Shown here: piece after piece, positions 38,620 to 51,123 of the stretch
Numbering within the stretch: the stretch's first letter is position 1
Layout: the number at the start of each line of letters is the position of its first letter
Assembly (NCBI RefSeq): GCF_021869535.1
Contig: NW_026262582.1
Location: forward strand, 5,332,001-5,396,000
Length of the DNA: 64,000 nt
Reading direction: 5' to 3'
DNA from: Mytilus californianus
Taxonomy: Eukaryota
The notes under the pieces: generated by a model
Seen by the model: only the letters and a program-made list of their open reading frames with translations
Database searches by the model: none
What the model was told of the DNA's origin: nothing
Program-made: the position numbers and the translations under genes

Positions 38620-38682
38620 ATGGCATACAACTCACACATAGCTAACGATTCTATACCAACGATGAATGCACCTTATTCCAAC
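38620..38682 (+). CDS. GPCR coding exon 1 (N-terminus MAYNSHIANDSIPTMNAPYSN)
   Basis: ATG in strong context (ATAAATGG), N-glycosylation sequon NDS, canonical donor AAC|GTGAGT in phase 0 matching the next exon, upstream acceptor TTTATTTTCAG at 38549. Inferred, since the exon is short. Confidence 0.7.
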
Positions 38683-41600
38683 GTGAGTGTTAATAGTATC
38701 TTTGACACAGATTTGAGAAATGAATCCAGAAAGAAGATGTCCTTTCCTTCTGTAAGTATAGACTTTCTTAAAAATTATGATAGTAAAAAATAAAAACTTA
38801 AAAATATGAAAATTTGTTATGATTGCCAAAGAGACAACCCTCCACCAGAGACCAAAATGACATAGAATTTAACTATAGGTCACCGTACTGCTGAACAACA
38901 CTAGTGTATAGATTATTGGACATTGACAGAAATACACGTAGAATCTCAAATACACGAGTAACATATAGACATGTAATCCAAATATATTTACTTCGATTAT
39001 GTTGTTTAAAATTTTTACTGAATAAACTCGATACATAATACTGAGGTCGTTTTAGAAACGATAAACTAATTGCCTGATTTGTTTAAAAACCACGTGGTCA
39101 ACTAAGGTACACATTCTTTATGTGATGTAGTTTTTGTGCGAATAAGCCAATATCGGCACTCTCAAAGTATTAATTATCAAATCCATGGGACTTATACTAT
39201 CAGTTTCTATTTTAAAATTGAAACTTATACAAACATTAAAGATCGTTTAAGGAATTGCTTAACCGTTATGTGATATATGCAGTGCATATTAATGATACCA
39301 TTTATCGCTTATGAGAAAAGAACGTCATTTTAAGTTAATGGTATCTGACTTTTCGATTTTTAGTCACTACCTGATCATTAATAGATTAGAAAAAAAACCG
39401 CTAAATATGATTTCTATCGATTGGTACTTGTCTTTTGTCTTTTTGTTGTTTTTGTGCTAAAGCTAAATATCAATCGGATGAGTCGAGCTTTTTTCCATTG
39501 ACTTTTACAATTTGTTCTTATAATGTGCTGTTACATCACTGTTAAAGGATAGACGGGGGTTAAAGTTGAGGCTCACAAACAGGTTTAACCCTGCTACTTT
39601 CTTTATATGCCTGTTCCTAGCAAGGAGCCTTTAAACTAGGCTATTACATATTAAAGCGACAGTAGTTTTCCGATGTTAAAATCTCGTAAATCGATTAGGA
39701 AGTGACAAATCAGTGTAACAAACAAAAACTGAGATAATCGCATTAACTCAAAAAGGAGCAAGACCGGATGAGTCGACAGGATAAGCATATCCTGCTCTGC
39801 ATGCATCACCCGCCGTGCTCAATTAAAATGTCACAATTAGGAATAGGACACAATCGGTTAAATAACAGATCAGATTACTATATTGGTATCTTAAGATCTG
39901 AGACCGCGAAAACATGTCACTAGTTATTTGAGACACCGACACATCGTATCGGTCAACCAAATCGTGATTGTGACCGTACAACTGATGTAGCGTCGATTTC
40001 AGTCATTCAATCTCACAACTCTGTTGGAGCAGCTTTTGCGTTAGGATCACATCCCTGTTAATGAAGTCCGTATAGTGTGAACAAGCACGAGCGTATCCTA
40101 TTAACTGAGATATGTAAACGACATACGATGGAGCAAAGGGTATGTTACTGCTGAGAAATGGGAAGTTGACAATAGGAAAGTTGAAATCATCACGTTTGTC
40201 ATAGATTTTAGTTTGAAGTCGTCTTTCTGTGTCAATATCGTTCTATACGATACGAGTTGCTTCTTGTTGAAGGCCGGGCGGTGGCATGTAGTTGTTCACA
40301 TTGTAGTATTGATATAAAACAAATCATAGACATACACAATAAATAAATAGATATTATTAAAAACAGAAACCCACTTAATATGTAACATAGTTTACACAGC
40401 AAATCAGAACGAAACGGAAAATATTCAAAACGTATCTTCAGTATAATTTCTGTTATTCCTAGATTTTGTTTTAGTTTGCTTGATTGCTTCAGACGTGTTG
40501 ATTAAAATGTAAATTGTCAAACGACAAATGGATGAAGGGACGGAAAGGTACACGACGGACAGAAAGAGATGATAATGTCTCAAATAATGTGTACAAAAAT
40601 GTAGTCCTAACGGTCAGCTGTGCTAAAAGAAATTTAATCAACTACAAATGATATAGTTATAACGAGGTTAATCGAAAGAGCACAATTAAAAGGAATATTT
40701 TCTTTTTAATAGACTATATGGTAGCATCGTATACAAAGTAGAAAAATGTAGCTGTCAACATAGAACACTTGACTCTCAAAAGAAACTCTGCATATCTAAG
40801 TTTTCGGAAGGTTTTTTTTAAACAATCCAGATTTAGTTTCTATCATTATTTACATGATAGATATGTCACACACTAGAAGAGAAACTTAGGTTGTTATAGC
40901 ACAAAATCAAAACAGTAACAAAAATTACTAGATGCCGATGTTTTTTATTTGTATCTTCTACGTGGATTGGTGAAATTAGGAGATTGTTTAAGTACATCTG
41001 TTCTATTGCCTCTATCGTTTAGTATATTATGTGCGTTTACCATTCTGGACAATAATCAAGTAAACCATTAATTCATTAACAAGGGGAAAATGATGGTTAA
41101 AAATGAAATTGATTGAATGACTCAACTTTTATTCTAATAAATTACAGCTAAATGGCATATTTAGAGGAACAATTATGAACAATTACATATATTGATATCT
41201 AAACATGCACTTATAGATCTAGAATGTCGGTTTAAAAAGAGGCGAAAGATAACAAAGGAATATTCAATCTCATCAGTAAAAAACAAACTGTCAATGTCAT
41301 AGCAAAAAATGAAAACGATTAAAAGACAACCCTTATGCAAAATACAACTTAGAAAACTCAAAACTGAGCAACACGAACCCCACCATAAATCCGCGCTAGT
41401 AAATGAAATTTCGTCTTTTAGATCTTAACATCATCTGAACAGTCAGAAAAATAAATAATTATGTCATATTCAGTCTTTCAGTCAATTGTCAGACTTATCC
41501 ACTGCGGTGAATTCAGTATTGTTCAGTAGCTTTTCAGACAATTCAGTATGATTTTGATGTGTACAGGTAAATAAAAGCTACTGTTCACTCTGAACATATC

Positions 41601-44600
41601 CTAGACGGATCTTAACTGACTAGAAGCGATTGGTCTGAACCGTACAGTGGAAAGTCTGAAAATTGACTGAAAATCTGAAAATTACTCAACAATCTATTGA
41701 TCCGTCTTTAAAGAGCTGTTCAGATTAAAACGACCGTTTCAGATCAAAATCGGTTTACTACTGCGGTATTGGTCTCATGTGTTCCGAAATGTTTGAAATA
41801 GAAACAACACAGACATTGAAATGTTACAAATCACATAGAACAACACTTAAAAGAAAAGCAAGGACAACACGTACCCCTTTAAACAAAACTAAGGGTGCTC
41901 TCAGGTGCTCCAGAAGAATATAAGGAGATTCTGCACCACATGTGGCACCCGTCGTGTTTCTTATGTAAGTACAAACCCGATGATAAGTCTAATTTAGTAG
42001 GTCACATTCGAAGAAAAGATGACAGGAATTATTGTTACGACAATTGGAAAAAATATTTCGTCATCTGTGAAACAGATATTCCATGAAGGTAAACCAACTC
42101 TTGATGGAGTCCGTAAAATGTTTCAACTTCAACACTTTGAACTTTCGGTTTAAATGCTTTCTTGAAAGCAGCAACCCTCTATCAAGGAAATCATGACAGG
42201 AAATGCTAGCTCCTAGAACATAATAGCATATTACATTGATCGAAACTATCTGATTAGACTTGTTTTCCATCATATAAATATCTTCCTCTTTGTTTCAATG
42301 TTTCATTTTATGTAAATATTTATATTTTTGTATACTCGTCTTCAGACAATCAATGAAGTAACAAAATGGCTAGCAGTGGGAATTTTGGTCGGAATTTTGG
42401 TGTTTAACTCAACTATACTGATATTACTTCTCCGCAAGAAACAGAACAGTAGGATGGCTTTCTTCGTACAAAATTTGGCAATAGCAGGTAACACAATTAG
42501 GATTTATCAGTATAAAAAAATAACACTTAGTAAATTGTATGCGTCTGAAGCACTTTTCTTAATTTACCCTCATCAACCCAAATATTGGAAAACCTATTGA
42601 AGGATGTATATCTACCGAAACACACGAAGAGCTATATGACCAAAAGGGACATAAAAATCATAGCAAAACCATCTGAGGTCAACTTTGTCTGAGGGAACTT
42701 ATTCCAATTTAAAAACGACCAATTTGAGAATGGTATAACATAAAAAAAGTACTATAGCGGTATAAATGAACTATTTTTAATATACCAATGAAATGCATAA
42801 CTTAACATGTATTGCTATACAGTTACAAACACGAATGGTTCTAATTTCTGTTGAAATTTCTATTTTGGTATTGCATAAGGTCATGTTCACTGCTCATGAC
42901 GTTTCTATACTGAATCTTTTTGAGGTGTACAGCTTGATATTTTGGCCTGGGATAACATTTATTAGTTGAACTTGATATTTGATTTAGCTTTCAGTAACTG
43001 TGAGTACTCTTATATGTTTTCTATTTGATATGTTTGTTGTTCCTATTAACGATCTGATGATTCCAATGTTTTCCAACTGAATTTTACAATGTTTTACAAT
43101 GTCGTGTTGCTATACCACTGTCACAGGCAGGCTAGGGGTGAGATGCGAGTTTAAAACACACGTTTAACACCGCTACTTTATTTATGTTCCTGTTCCAAGC
43201 CCGTTATCCAGAGGTTGTAGTTGCTTGCTGTCTGCTATAATGTGTAAACCAACTAGTTTTCACGAGCGATTTATTTTCGCAACTTTCACAAATATTAATC
43301 GTCGCGAATGTTTAAACCTTAGATCTTCTCTTTTTCTAAAATAACAAGTAAATTTGAAAATCGCGAAAAAAGATCGCCGCGAAGTGGCCTAGAAAGTTCT
43401 AAACGCGAAATAAAGCATCCGTGAAAATAAGTTGGTTTACGGTATTTGTATGTGTATGTTATCATACATCATGTACATGTACACCAGGCCGTTCTTTAGT
43501 CTTTTGAACTATGTCATATTATGTCTTCCTGGGTTTTTATAACTTACTATACGGTATGATTTTGCTTATAAAAGAAGGCTGTATGGTGACAAGTATCTAT
43601 TCAAATCTTTGTCTTTTTGTCTTTAATGTATACTTGTCTTCTGGTCAGACAATCCCTTTTTTAATACAGAAATACAAATTGTGAATTTGACACAATTTCT
43701 TCATTAGACTGTTATGAGACTACGAAGAAAAAATGATGAGTCCAAAAAGTAAATTTGTTTGTTTTTGAAGTGAAACTTAAGTCCTGCATCGATCGAGAAA
43801 GTGTAGCAAATGTACTGACTGCCTAATTATGTTATAGTATCTTAGGGTCAATATGTCCCAAAGATATTAGTTCCAGGAAACAGGCGAATGTAATAAAACA
43901 TTTAAACACTTTTACGAGCACCTTGTACCGCCTGAGATTAGACAGGAGCGTTATTGTATTTGTTTTATATTTTAAGCATTTGCTGTTCGCATGAAAACGT
44001 CCTTTCCGTACAATGTCTCATTAATAAAGGTTTGTCTCATTCATTAATTTTCCCATGATATTGAGTGTGCAACGCAAAGGACTTTGTTAATTTGTGTATA
44101 TCGCTCTTGAATCCAATGACTTCAATTACTTTGTCATATAAATAGAATTAAAAAACTCAAATCTGTTTAATAAAGTTATTTTTTATAGAGGGGGGTGGTT
44201 TCCATATATAAGATCAAATGAAAGATGCAACCATAAATTAACACACCATTGATACCAAAACAGTTGGTAAACTTCAAAGTCTGCTGTTGATACTTCTTTT
44301 TTTAAGTACATATATGTAAGTAAATGTAACTATGACAACGATTTTTGCGAGTACGATACTTGTTTCTGAAATACCTTTCATCAGTTTAAAAATAATGATT
44401 GCCAATGCGTATCTTATCCATCAGATGATGTAAATATACACACCTATTGGTCACCGTACGCTTTTAACAATAAGCAAAACCCATACCGTATGGTCAGCTA
44501 TAAAAGGCCTCGACATGACATGATGTGAAACAATTCAAACGAGTAAATCAACGCCTGATTAATACCAAATTTCAGTGTGTTTAGAACACTCTGATTTTTA

Positions 44601-47600
44601 ATTCCTGAGAAACATGCGACCAAAATAACATTAATGATAGGGATAATAATTATGATAATTTTTTTTTCTGTTTTGTAGTCATTTCAGTAATCAATTAAGT
44701 TTTTTCCTGTTTCAGATTTTTGTGTTGGTTTAATTTATCTTTTACCCGAGGTTATTGTATTTAGATTTCATATCGGTTGGGATAGATACGCTTGCTCTAT
44801 ATTATATGGAGTGAAAATGTTTCCGATTTATGTATCTACGTTTGCTATCATTACCTTGACACTGGATCGTTTGTATGTTATTTTAAAACCTATATCATCC
44901 TCTGGCAAAGGTATGAAATACAGAGTATCATTGATAATAACAACCTGGATTCTGGCAATATTACTTTCTATACCATATATGGCATGTGTAAGATTCAATA
45001 ACGGAAAATGTGGACACGATTTTGGCAATTTTACCAAGGTAAAGATTGTACTTTTTATGCTATGGACCCATTATTTATTCCAAAATAATGTTTTCCTTTT
45101 TTACTATGTACTCTGACATCCTGGTTCATGATATGTGCTTATATATGGAAGAATTTAAAAATGGGACAATAAAAAACTTTAAGTCGAATAAAGAGGACGT
45201 AAAGGAAAAAACAGTCGACGAAACACAACATAGAAAACAATAGGGTGAGAAAACGAGGCCCGAATGACAAAACACAGAATATGATTCGTGAGAAATACAT
45301 TCCGCTTTGATGGAGTCGTTTCGTTTAATAATTCAAAGTTTGGCAACTATGTTAGTGTAATCTATAAAATTTATCTTGAAATAAAGTATACAACAGAGTC
45401 TGTTTGAAATCTTCACTTCATCTACGAATTAACAATGAGGGTTGGTCGAGAATTAAACTTAACGATTAAAAAGACAAACACCAATTGTCCCATAGTAACA
45501 TTGTAGGAGTGAAAAGCAAAAAAGGACAGTACAGTAAAAAAAGCGATAGGTAAAGAAAATTAAACCCAAAATACTGCAGAGTAAACAAAAGATTGAGCAG
45601 CAAACACCCCATAAAAATGGGATGTGCCTAGTGCTCTGTCTAAAGTAAAAATATTTCTAAAATGCCATCATGAACAAAGAAACAAGACATTTCCTTCACA
45701 TTTTTCACAGCAACTAAAAGTCATTCCTTTTTGGTATATGTCAATGTATAATCAGTGAACGATAACTTACAGAACATTCTGGATACTTTGTTGTTTCTAG
45801 GTTATGCTTATGTTTGATATCAGCCTCATTCTGATTTTTCCTGTACTTATCATTGGAGCGTGCTATATATGTATTGTTGTGACAATATGTCGTCGCGAGA
45901 GAAATAGACTTTTAAATGAGAATACTAGAAGAAGCATAAGTAAGTAATATCTTAATAGAAAATAAATAAAAATATATATAATTGAATATGGTATGTACAC
46001 ATATTAAACCAACCTTAGGTTAAAAAATATAATATAACGAAAACACTGGACCGTATAATACTTCGATAAAACGTGTTAACTGCATACCTCAATTATATTG
46101 AAATAACATATAATCATGGTGACCTGCAATAAAAAATAAGGAGGTGAGCTATGATTGCAAATAAGATAACTATCCACCAGAGACCAAATGACGAAGATGT
46201 TAGCAACCTCAGATCACCGTAGGGCATTTAACGATAAGCAAAACCCATATCGCAAGGTTGTGCAGAGAGCCTCGTCATAATTTTTTTTATTAATAAATTC
46301 TTTACTAATACAATTCTTTTTGTCAGCGACAATTTCCAATAGACTATGACTCTTAAAATCTTGAGGAGTACCACATAAGTGAGGTATCCAATGACTCAAA
46401 ACATGACACATTCACTATTCTAGTTAAAGGGTAAAAAAGATCATTTTCCTTTAGTAATCCTTAAAATACAAGATATTCAGTTTTCTTTCAAACTGAAACT
46501 TATTGTGTTTGAAACTTATTGTCGTGTTTATTTTTTTCCTAATTTACAATGGAAACAAACTATTTTGTCTCGTTTCTTCTAAAATAAAAACATCAAAATC
46601 TAACAATTTATCAAGTAAAGCATGTCCCCGAAAAGATGAATGGTCGGTTCCTTAAGGATAAATGAAATATGACTTATTTTGTTATACATTAAAACTTTTA
46701 CTTCTTATAATGTCTAAACTTATTGTTTAAAAACTTAATTGTTATACTCTCTGTAGATTCAACACATAAAAATGATGGTCAGAAAAAAAGTACAAGAAAA
46801 CCTCTAATGGCTCAGGCGAAAATAAGGACAATTAAATTACTTCTGATCATCGTAACTGGTATGTATATAGATACCTAAATAAGTGGAAACAGTAGTTTAA
46901 CGATGTTAAGATCCATACATCTATTAATAAGATATAAATCATGGTAAAAGGCAGAGGGAATCGCATTAACTCCAAATTGAGCAAGACCGTTTGCGTAGAC
47001 AGGGTACGCGTCTGAGGTGATATCTGCATAATCAATTAGAAGCAAAACCAAGATACATAATACGTAATAAGAACTAGGAAAACGATGTTTCAAAAAGATT
47101 CACGAAAAAATCGTGAATCAAAAGACTATACACATCCAAACCAACAAAACCAAACCAGAAAAAAGTAATGTACAAACATGTCAAATCCAAAGGAAAATAA
47201 AGAAGAAAACACAACATTTCAGAAAAAAATACGAATGATAGCATTCTATCGATCTCAAATTTTATCTTAGTTTACAGTTATGAAAGGTGTTAAATAAAAC
47301 TCTTTTTAAAACCAATTGCAAAGACATTTGTAGATGTTAAAAATACAATTTTGTAGTTGACCTATGACGTCAATGCATTAACGACGAGTGTACCGTTGTT
47401 AAATGTGATACCATCTTTTGAGTTTTACATTTTACTCATTTTTAAAATACACGTATTTATGCTTTCTTTTACAGCATACATTGTTTGCTGGACACCGGTG
47501 TGCGTTGGTACATCGTTGTTGATGTGGAAATATATTGAATTTGGAGTTATTTTTCAACTTTTGTACGTCTTGGCGCCATTGAATAGCCTCGTGAATCCTC

Positions 47601-47716
47601 TTGTTTTCTTGTTATTCCATAGGAAAATTTTCAAAAGAAAAGAGTTTGGAACATATAGATTTAACCCGTCTGTAACCTTAAAAACGTCAGGAAAGCAGGC
47701 ATCAACACGCTGTTAG
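38620..47716 (+). CDS. Class A (rhodopsin-like) GPCR, CCAP/neuropeptide S/vasopressin receptor superfamily-like; 6 coding exons (38620-38682, 42346-42487, 44716-45038, 45801-45939, 46757-46858, 47475-47716), about 336 aa
   Basis: Manual splicing gives one open frame with GT-AG introns and matching phases (0,1,0,1,1). Motifs: TM1 ILVFNS, ICL1/TM2 KQNSRMAFFVQNLAIAD, TM3 YAC...TLTLDRLYVILKP, TM4 TWILAILLSIP, ECL2 Cys, TM5 FPVLIIGACY, TM6 AKIRTIKLLLIIVTAYIVCWTP, TM7 LAPLNSLVNPLVF. SRMxFF..LAIxD and LAPLNSxxNP resemble CCAP/NPS receptors. Confidence 0.88.
39650..40215 (-). mobile_element. Old Penelope-like 3' fragment in GPCR intron 1
   Basis: Degenerate matches (ggataagcatatcctgctc, cggtcaaccaaatcgtga, ggaaagttgaaatcatcacgtttgtcata) to the other copies. 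Confidence 0.6.
41470..41760 (-). repeat. TTCAG/CTGAA-rich dispersed repeat; inverted copy at about 22490-22740
   Basis: The reverse complement aligns with 22495-22740 (ACCTGTACAC, AAGCTAC..AACAATACTGAATT). Confidence 0.65.
41850..42260 (-). mobile_element. Penelope-like 3' fragment in GPCR intron 1
   Basis: ORF 42061-42273 ISCHDFLDRGLLLSRKHLNRKFKVLKLK matches the RT-thumb region. Confidence 0.75.
42346..42487 (+). CDS. GPCR coding exon 2 (TM1-TM2 start)
   Basis: Acceptor CTTCAG|ACA, donor GCAG|GTAAC; encodes TINEVTKWLAVGILVGILVFNSTILILLLRKKQNSRMAFFVQNLAIA. Confidence 0.9.
43241..43444. mobile_element. Tc1/mariner-type MITE in GPCR intron 2, nested in an older repeat
   Basis: TIRs GTAAACCAACTAGTTTTCACG / CGTGAAAATAAGTTGGTTTAC; CGCG-rich interior; TA at the right end. 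Confidence 0.75.
44716..45038 (+). CDS. GPCR coding exon 3 (TM2-TM4, ECL2)
   Basis: Acceptor TTCCTGTTTCAG|AT completes the LAIAD Asp codon; donor AAG|GTAAAG; contains LDRLYVILKP and WILAILLSIP. Confidence 0.92.
45801..45939 (+). CDS. GPCR coding exon 4 (TM5, ICL3 start)
   Basis: Acceptor TTGTTTCTAG|GTT, donor ATAA|GTAAGT; VMLMFDISLILIFPVLIIGACYICIVVTICRRERNRLLNENTRRSI. Too short for the supplied ORF track. Confidence 0.88.
46757..46858 (+). CDS. GPCR coding exon 5 (ICL3, TM6 start)
   Basis: Acceptor CTCTCTGTAG|AT, donor ACTG|GTATGT; (N)STHKNDGQKKSTRKPLMAQAKIRTIKLLLIIVT. Confidence 0.88.
47475..47716 (+). CDS. GPCR coding exon 6 (TM6-TM7, C-tail, stop)
   Basis: Acceptor CTTTCTTTTACAG|CA; (A)YIVCWTP...LAPLNSLVNPLVFLLF...STRC*. 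Confidence 0.92.
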
Positions 47717-48323
47717 CCGTTCCGTGATTTTTATGTTCGTCTCTACATATCTTGTGTGTTTAACTTAAAATCTGAGAATACATAATTGCAAAATACAATA
47801 CACACTACCATGACTACTGTACAGTATATATAATGATTCTACATGTATAGTTTTTGTTGTCGATAAAGAAAGAGAAGAAACCCCTGGTTAATAGTTAATT
47901 TCCTAGAAAGTCCGTTATTTACCGTCCAATCTCATTTTTTACACACCTGTCTCGTTATAACGGCAGAAATTTATGCAGTGTGGGAACTAACACCAAGTCG
48001 TCTACATGATATATATACTAGGCCTCACTGTGACTTTGAGATGAAGAACACCAAACGCACTGTTCCTTTGCTTTTGTGTGTTTTTTGTTGTTGTTTTATT
48101 TGCTGTGCATGTACTGATTTTGTGTCATGGATGGATACTCCATATCTTTTTTTTTCTACTATTCAAATCTATGGGTAGTGTTACCTTACCAAACATTTTC
48201 TTCATGGTGATGGAGTCAAAATGGAAAAGCGTAGTTGAAAATTTAGGTGGAGGTAAATTACGATCATTTCTCAACATGGAATCGACAACAGTCCTTGATT
48301 TCTACTATTTATTGCATAATATG

Positions 48324-49227
48324 TAGTGATGTCAACCATGTCAACGGTTAACCGTTGAACCGGGTAACCGTCGGAAGGACCGAATAACGGATACCAAAAC
48401 CGAGATCTTTTTTTCAGTTTTAATAGATTTGATATATAAATGTGTATTGGAATCATTAATAAATTTTGCTCAATTTTAAAATGACTGTTGTGGTACTCTT
48501 TTTGACAAATCAATTGTCCAGTATATTGATTGCTATTGCATGTATTGTTTAGCTTGAAAATATTACAATTTTACAAAATTAATTAGCACAAAGACAACTT
48601 GTCTATTAGCTCGGGGCAGGATTGAAAGTAAAAATAATTAGCATACATGTATTTTGAGCTGTTGTAAGATAATCATTTTTCGATCTACATCATTATTTCA
48701 TTTTTTATTTAAAACATTGCGTAGACCTACATGTAAATATTCCACCTCCTTCGTCCAGTGCTTCGTCATACTTTTAACGAAATGCAGACTAAATAATAGT
48801 GAAATGTAAATCATATGAATAAAATAAAAAAGTATACTGGATGGTACGAGTAACACGCTTAATCATCTCAACTCTCTACAGAATTTTCTGAGACACCAGT
48901 GGAAATGAAACTATGAACGATTTCAGACCTTGTTAATTCGACGATATCAAGAAGATTTGTAGATCCTAAATCTGAAGTTGTTACAAAAACCGTAGTAGAT
49001 GTGGTATTATTGGATAATCAAAACTAAAACTTCACCAGAAATACTCAAAGCCAAGCCGTATATTGACTACGGATATATTTCAACTTATCGTATTATAAAA
49101 CAGTGCATGTGTAGAGTACTGTATGAGAGGCCTTTACACATCAACTTAACTACCGGTTAATTGGTTAATCGGTCGAAACATTATCCGAGTAACCGGTTAG
49201 GAAAAACTGTTCAATTTGACAACACTA
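48324..49227. mobile_element. hAT-type non-autonomous element about 600 bp downstream of the GPCR stop
   Basis: TIRs TAGTGATGTCAA / TTGACAACACTA; 8-bp TSD ATAATATG / ATAATATA (7 of 8); subterminal AACCG(G/T)TTAACCG repeats. Confidence 0.85.
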
Positions 49228-49578
49228 ATAATATATAACTTGTTTTGTCACTGTTTGTAATATAATAAAGTTGAATTGAAACTGAACTTCCAACATACTT
49301 GACGCTGATTTCATTGTAGGTTTTTAATGAGTTTTTGTTGATTTGTAGTTTCTTATTACTTCATTTGAATTTTCTAACACATTTATACTGGCTTAGATCT
49401 GTTTTGAAGTGACGACCTGTTAGTTGTTGTGTTACTCTGTTAAACCGTATTACCAAATGAACACTCATATTTCAGTAAGTCAGTGTTTGTTTAGTAATTT
49501 TATAAATAGTAAATAATTGATATTTAATAACTTTAGCAACTTAAGTATTTTTCCCCTTTCAAAGTACATACGCTGAAT

Positions 49579-49582
<4 letters not shown>

Positions 49583-49616
<34 letters not shown>
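49583..49616. repeat. (TA)n microsatellite; others: (TG)n 2420-2442, (CT)n 11235-11260, (TA)n 15838-15864, polyC 20028-20043, polyA 35085-35115, (GCT)(GAA)(GGA) 52510-52563
   Basis: Directly visible. Confidence 0.95.
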
Positions 49617-49618
<2 letters not shown>

Positions 49619-49869
49619 AACTAGATCTAAATCATTTTAAAAGGGGCTCTTGTGATGGGGTTCCATTTAGAAAAAAAAGAAGTTTCCAGCTAATTGTCTA
49701 TATTCGCCACAAGGCAGCTCTCAATCCACTAGCAAAAGACAATAATATGTACATGTATAGGACAGAGTACAACGGCCAACGTCTGGTTACGAGAATTAGG
49801 TTAAGATAAACTGTATACTGCAACATGTTAACTGGAGTAAAAACATTCTGTTCGTTTATAAATTTAAAA

Positions 49870-50100
49870 ATTAGTAAGAAACTTAGGTTTCAACTCATTC
49901 AGGGAAAATTGAACTTAGATGGATTTGGCTACTAATTTTAGGTCCTTTTTTAGTCATATAGCTCTTAAACTGTTCAAGTTCTTATACATCCTTGGCTTCC
50001 AAATATTCGGCTTTGAGCGTTCTTGATGAAGGTAAATCCAGAAATGCTCTTCTAACGCATACAATTTATTTAGTGCTGTTTTCGATGTTTTGAGAAACGA
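49870..50100 (+). mobile_element. Family-2 hammerhead-bearing repeat (degenerate); further copies at about 33130-33200(+), 38380-38460(+), 42540-42710(-)
   Basis: ctttgagcgttc TTGATGA aggtaaatcca GAAA tgctcTTC; the upstream part aligns with the reverse complement of 63430-63570. Confidence 0.7.
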
Positions 50101-50309
50101 TTAATCCAAACAACAACAACTGCGAACAAGTAAATAACACATTTTTCATTTTAAAAATGGAAAAATAAAAAAATAGAATGAATTTGATTTTTTTCTGAAA
50201 GGTAATAAAACAAAAATGATATAAAATTTTAAAATGCTATGTTAAATTGATGCAATGCAAATGCTATGACATTTTTATAATTAGGGGAAATTATAGTACA
50301 TGAAAGGCA

Positions 50310-51020
50310 TTATGTAACTTATCAGATTGTCGTACTTAGGATAAACACAACCAATAAAATGCGCTAACTGACAAAATTGGTGTACTTTGTTTAAAAAAAC
50401 CAACACAATGCATTAACTGACCAGATTAGTGTACTTAGGACCAAAAACAAACAAAGAAATGCATTAACTGACCAGGCTGGTGTACTTAGAATACGAACAA
50501 CCACTGAAATGCACTAACATGAGCAAAGTGGTGTACTTAGGACAAAAACAACAAAAGACTTGCATCAACTGATCAGATTGGTGTACTGAGGATAAAAACA
50601 ATCAACGAAATGCATTAAAATATCAGATTGGTGTATTTAGGATAAAAACATCCAACGAAATGCATTAACTGATCAGATTGGTGTACTTAGGATAAATACA
50701 ACCAACGAAATACATTGACTGATCAGATTGGTGTACTGAGGATAAAAACAACTACATAAATGCAATAACTTATCAGATTGGTTCACTGAGGGTAAAAACA
50801 ACCACCGAAACGCATTAACTGAGCAAAGCGGTGTACTGAGGATAAAAACAACCACTGACATGCATTAACTGATCAGATTGGTGTACTGAGGATTAAAACA
50901 ACTAATATAAATGCATTAACTGATCTGGTTGGTGTACTGGAGATAAAAACAACTGCATAAATGCGTTATCTGATCAGATTGGTAAACTTAAGACAGCAAC
51001 AATCAAAGGAATGCACCTTA
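50310..51020. repeat. 50-bp tandem repeat, about 14 copies
   Basis: GGATAAAAACAACCAACGAAATGCATTAACTGATCAGATTGGTGTACT(G/T)A; period 50 (50591 to 50641). Confidence 0.9.
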
Positions 51021-51123
51021 AGTTATAAATTAAAATAAAACCTACAACAAGTAAGGAGGAAACAATCTATTATGTACTTTTCCTTGCAGATAACCATAAA
51101 ATTAGCTTGTTAATTAAAAAAAA

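Noticed and set aside
42328-42600. ORF-track boundaries for GPCR pieces (42328-42600, 44811-45116, 47357-47716)
   Set aside because: Their TTG/GTG starts and tails lie in introns or mid-exon; true limits are set by splice sites.
50310-51020. 50-bp array as a CRISPR array
   Set aside because: No unique spacers, whole units diverge gradually, no cas genes, and the context is eukaryotic with spliceosomal introns.
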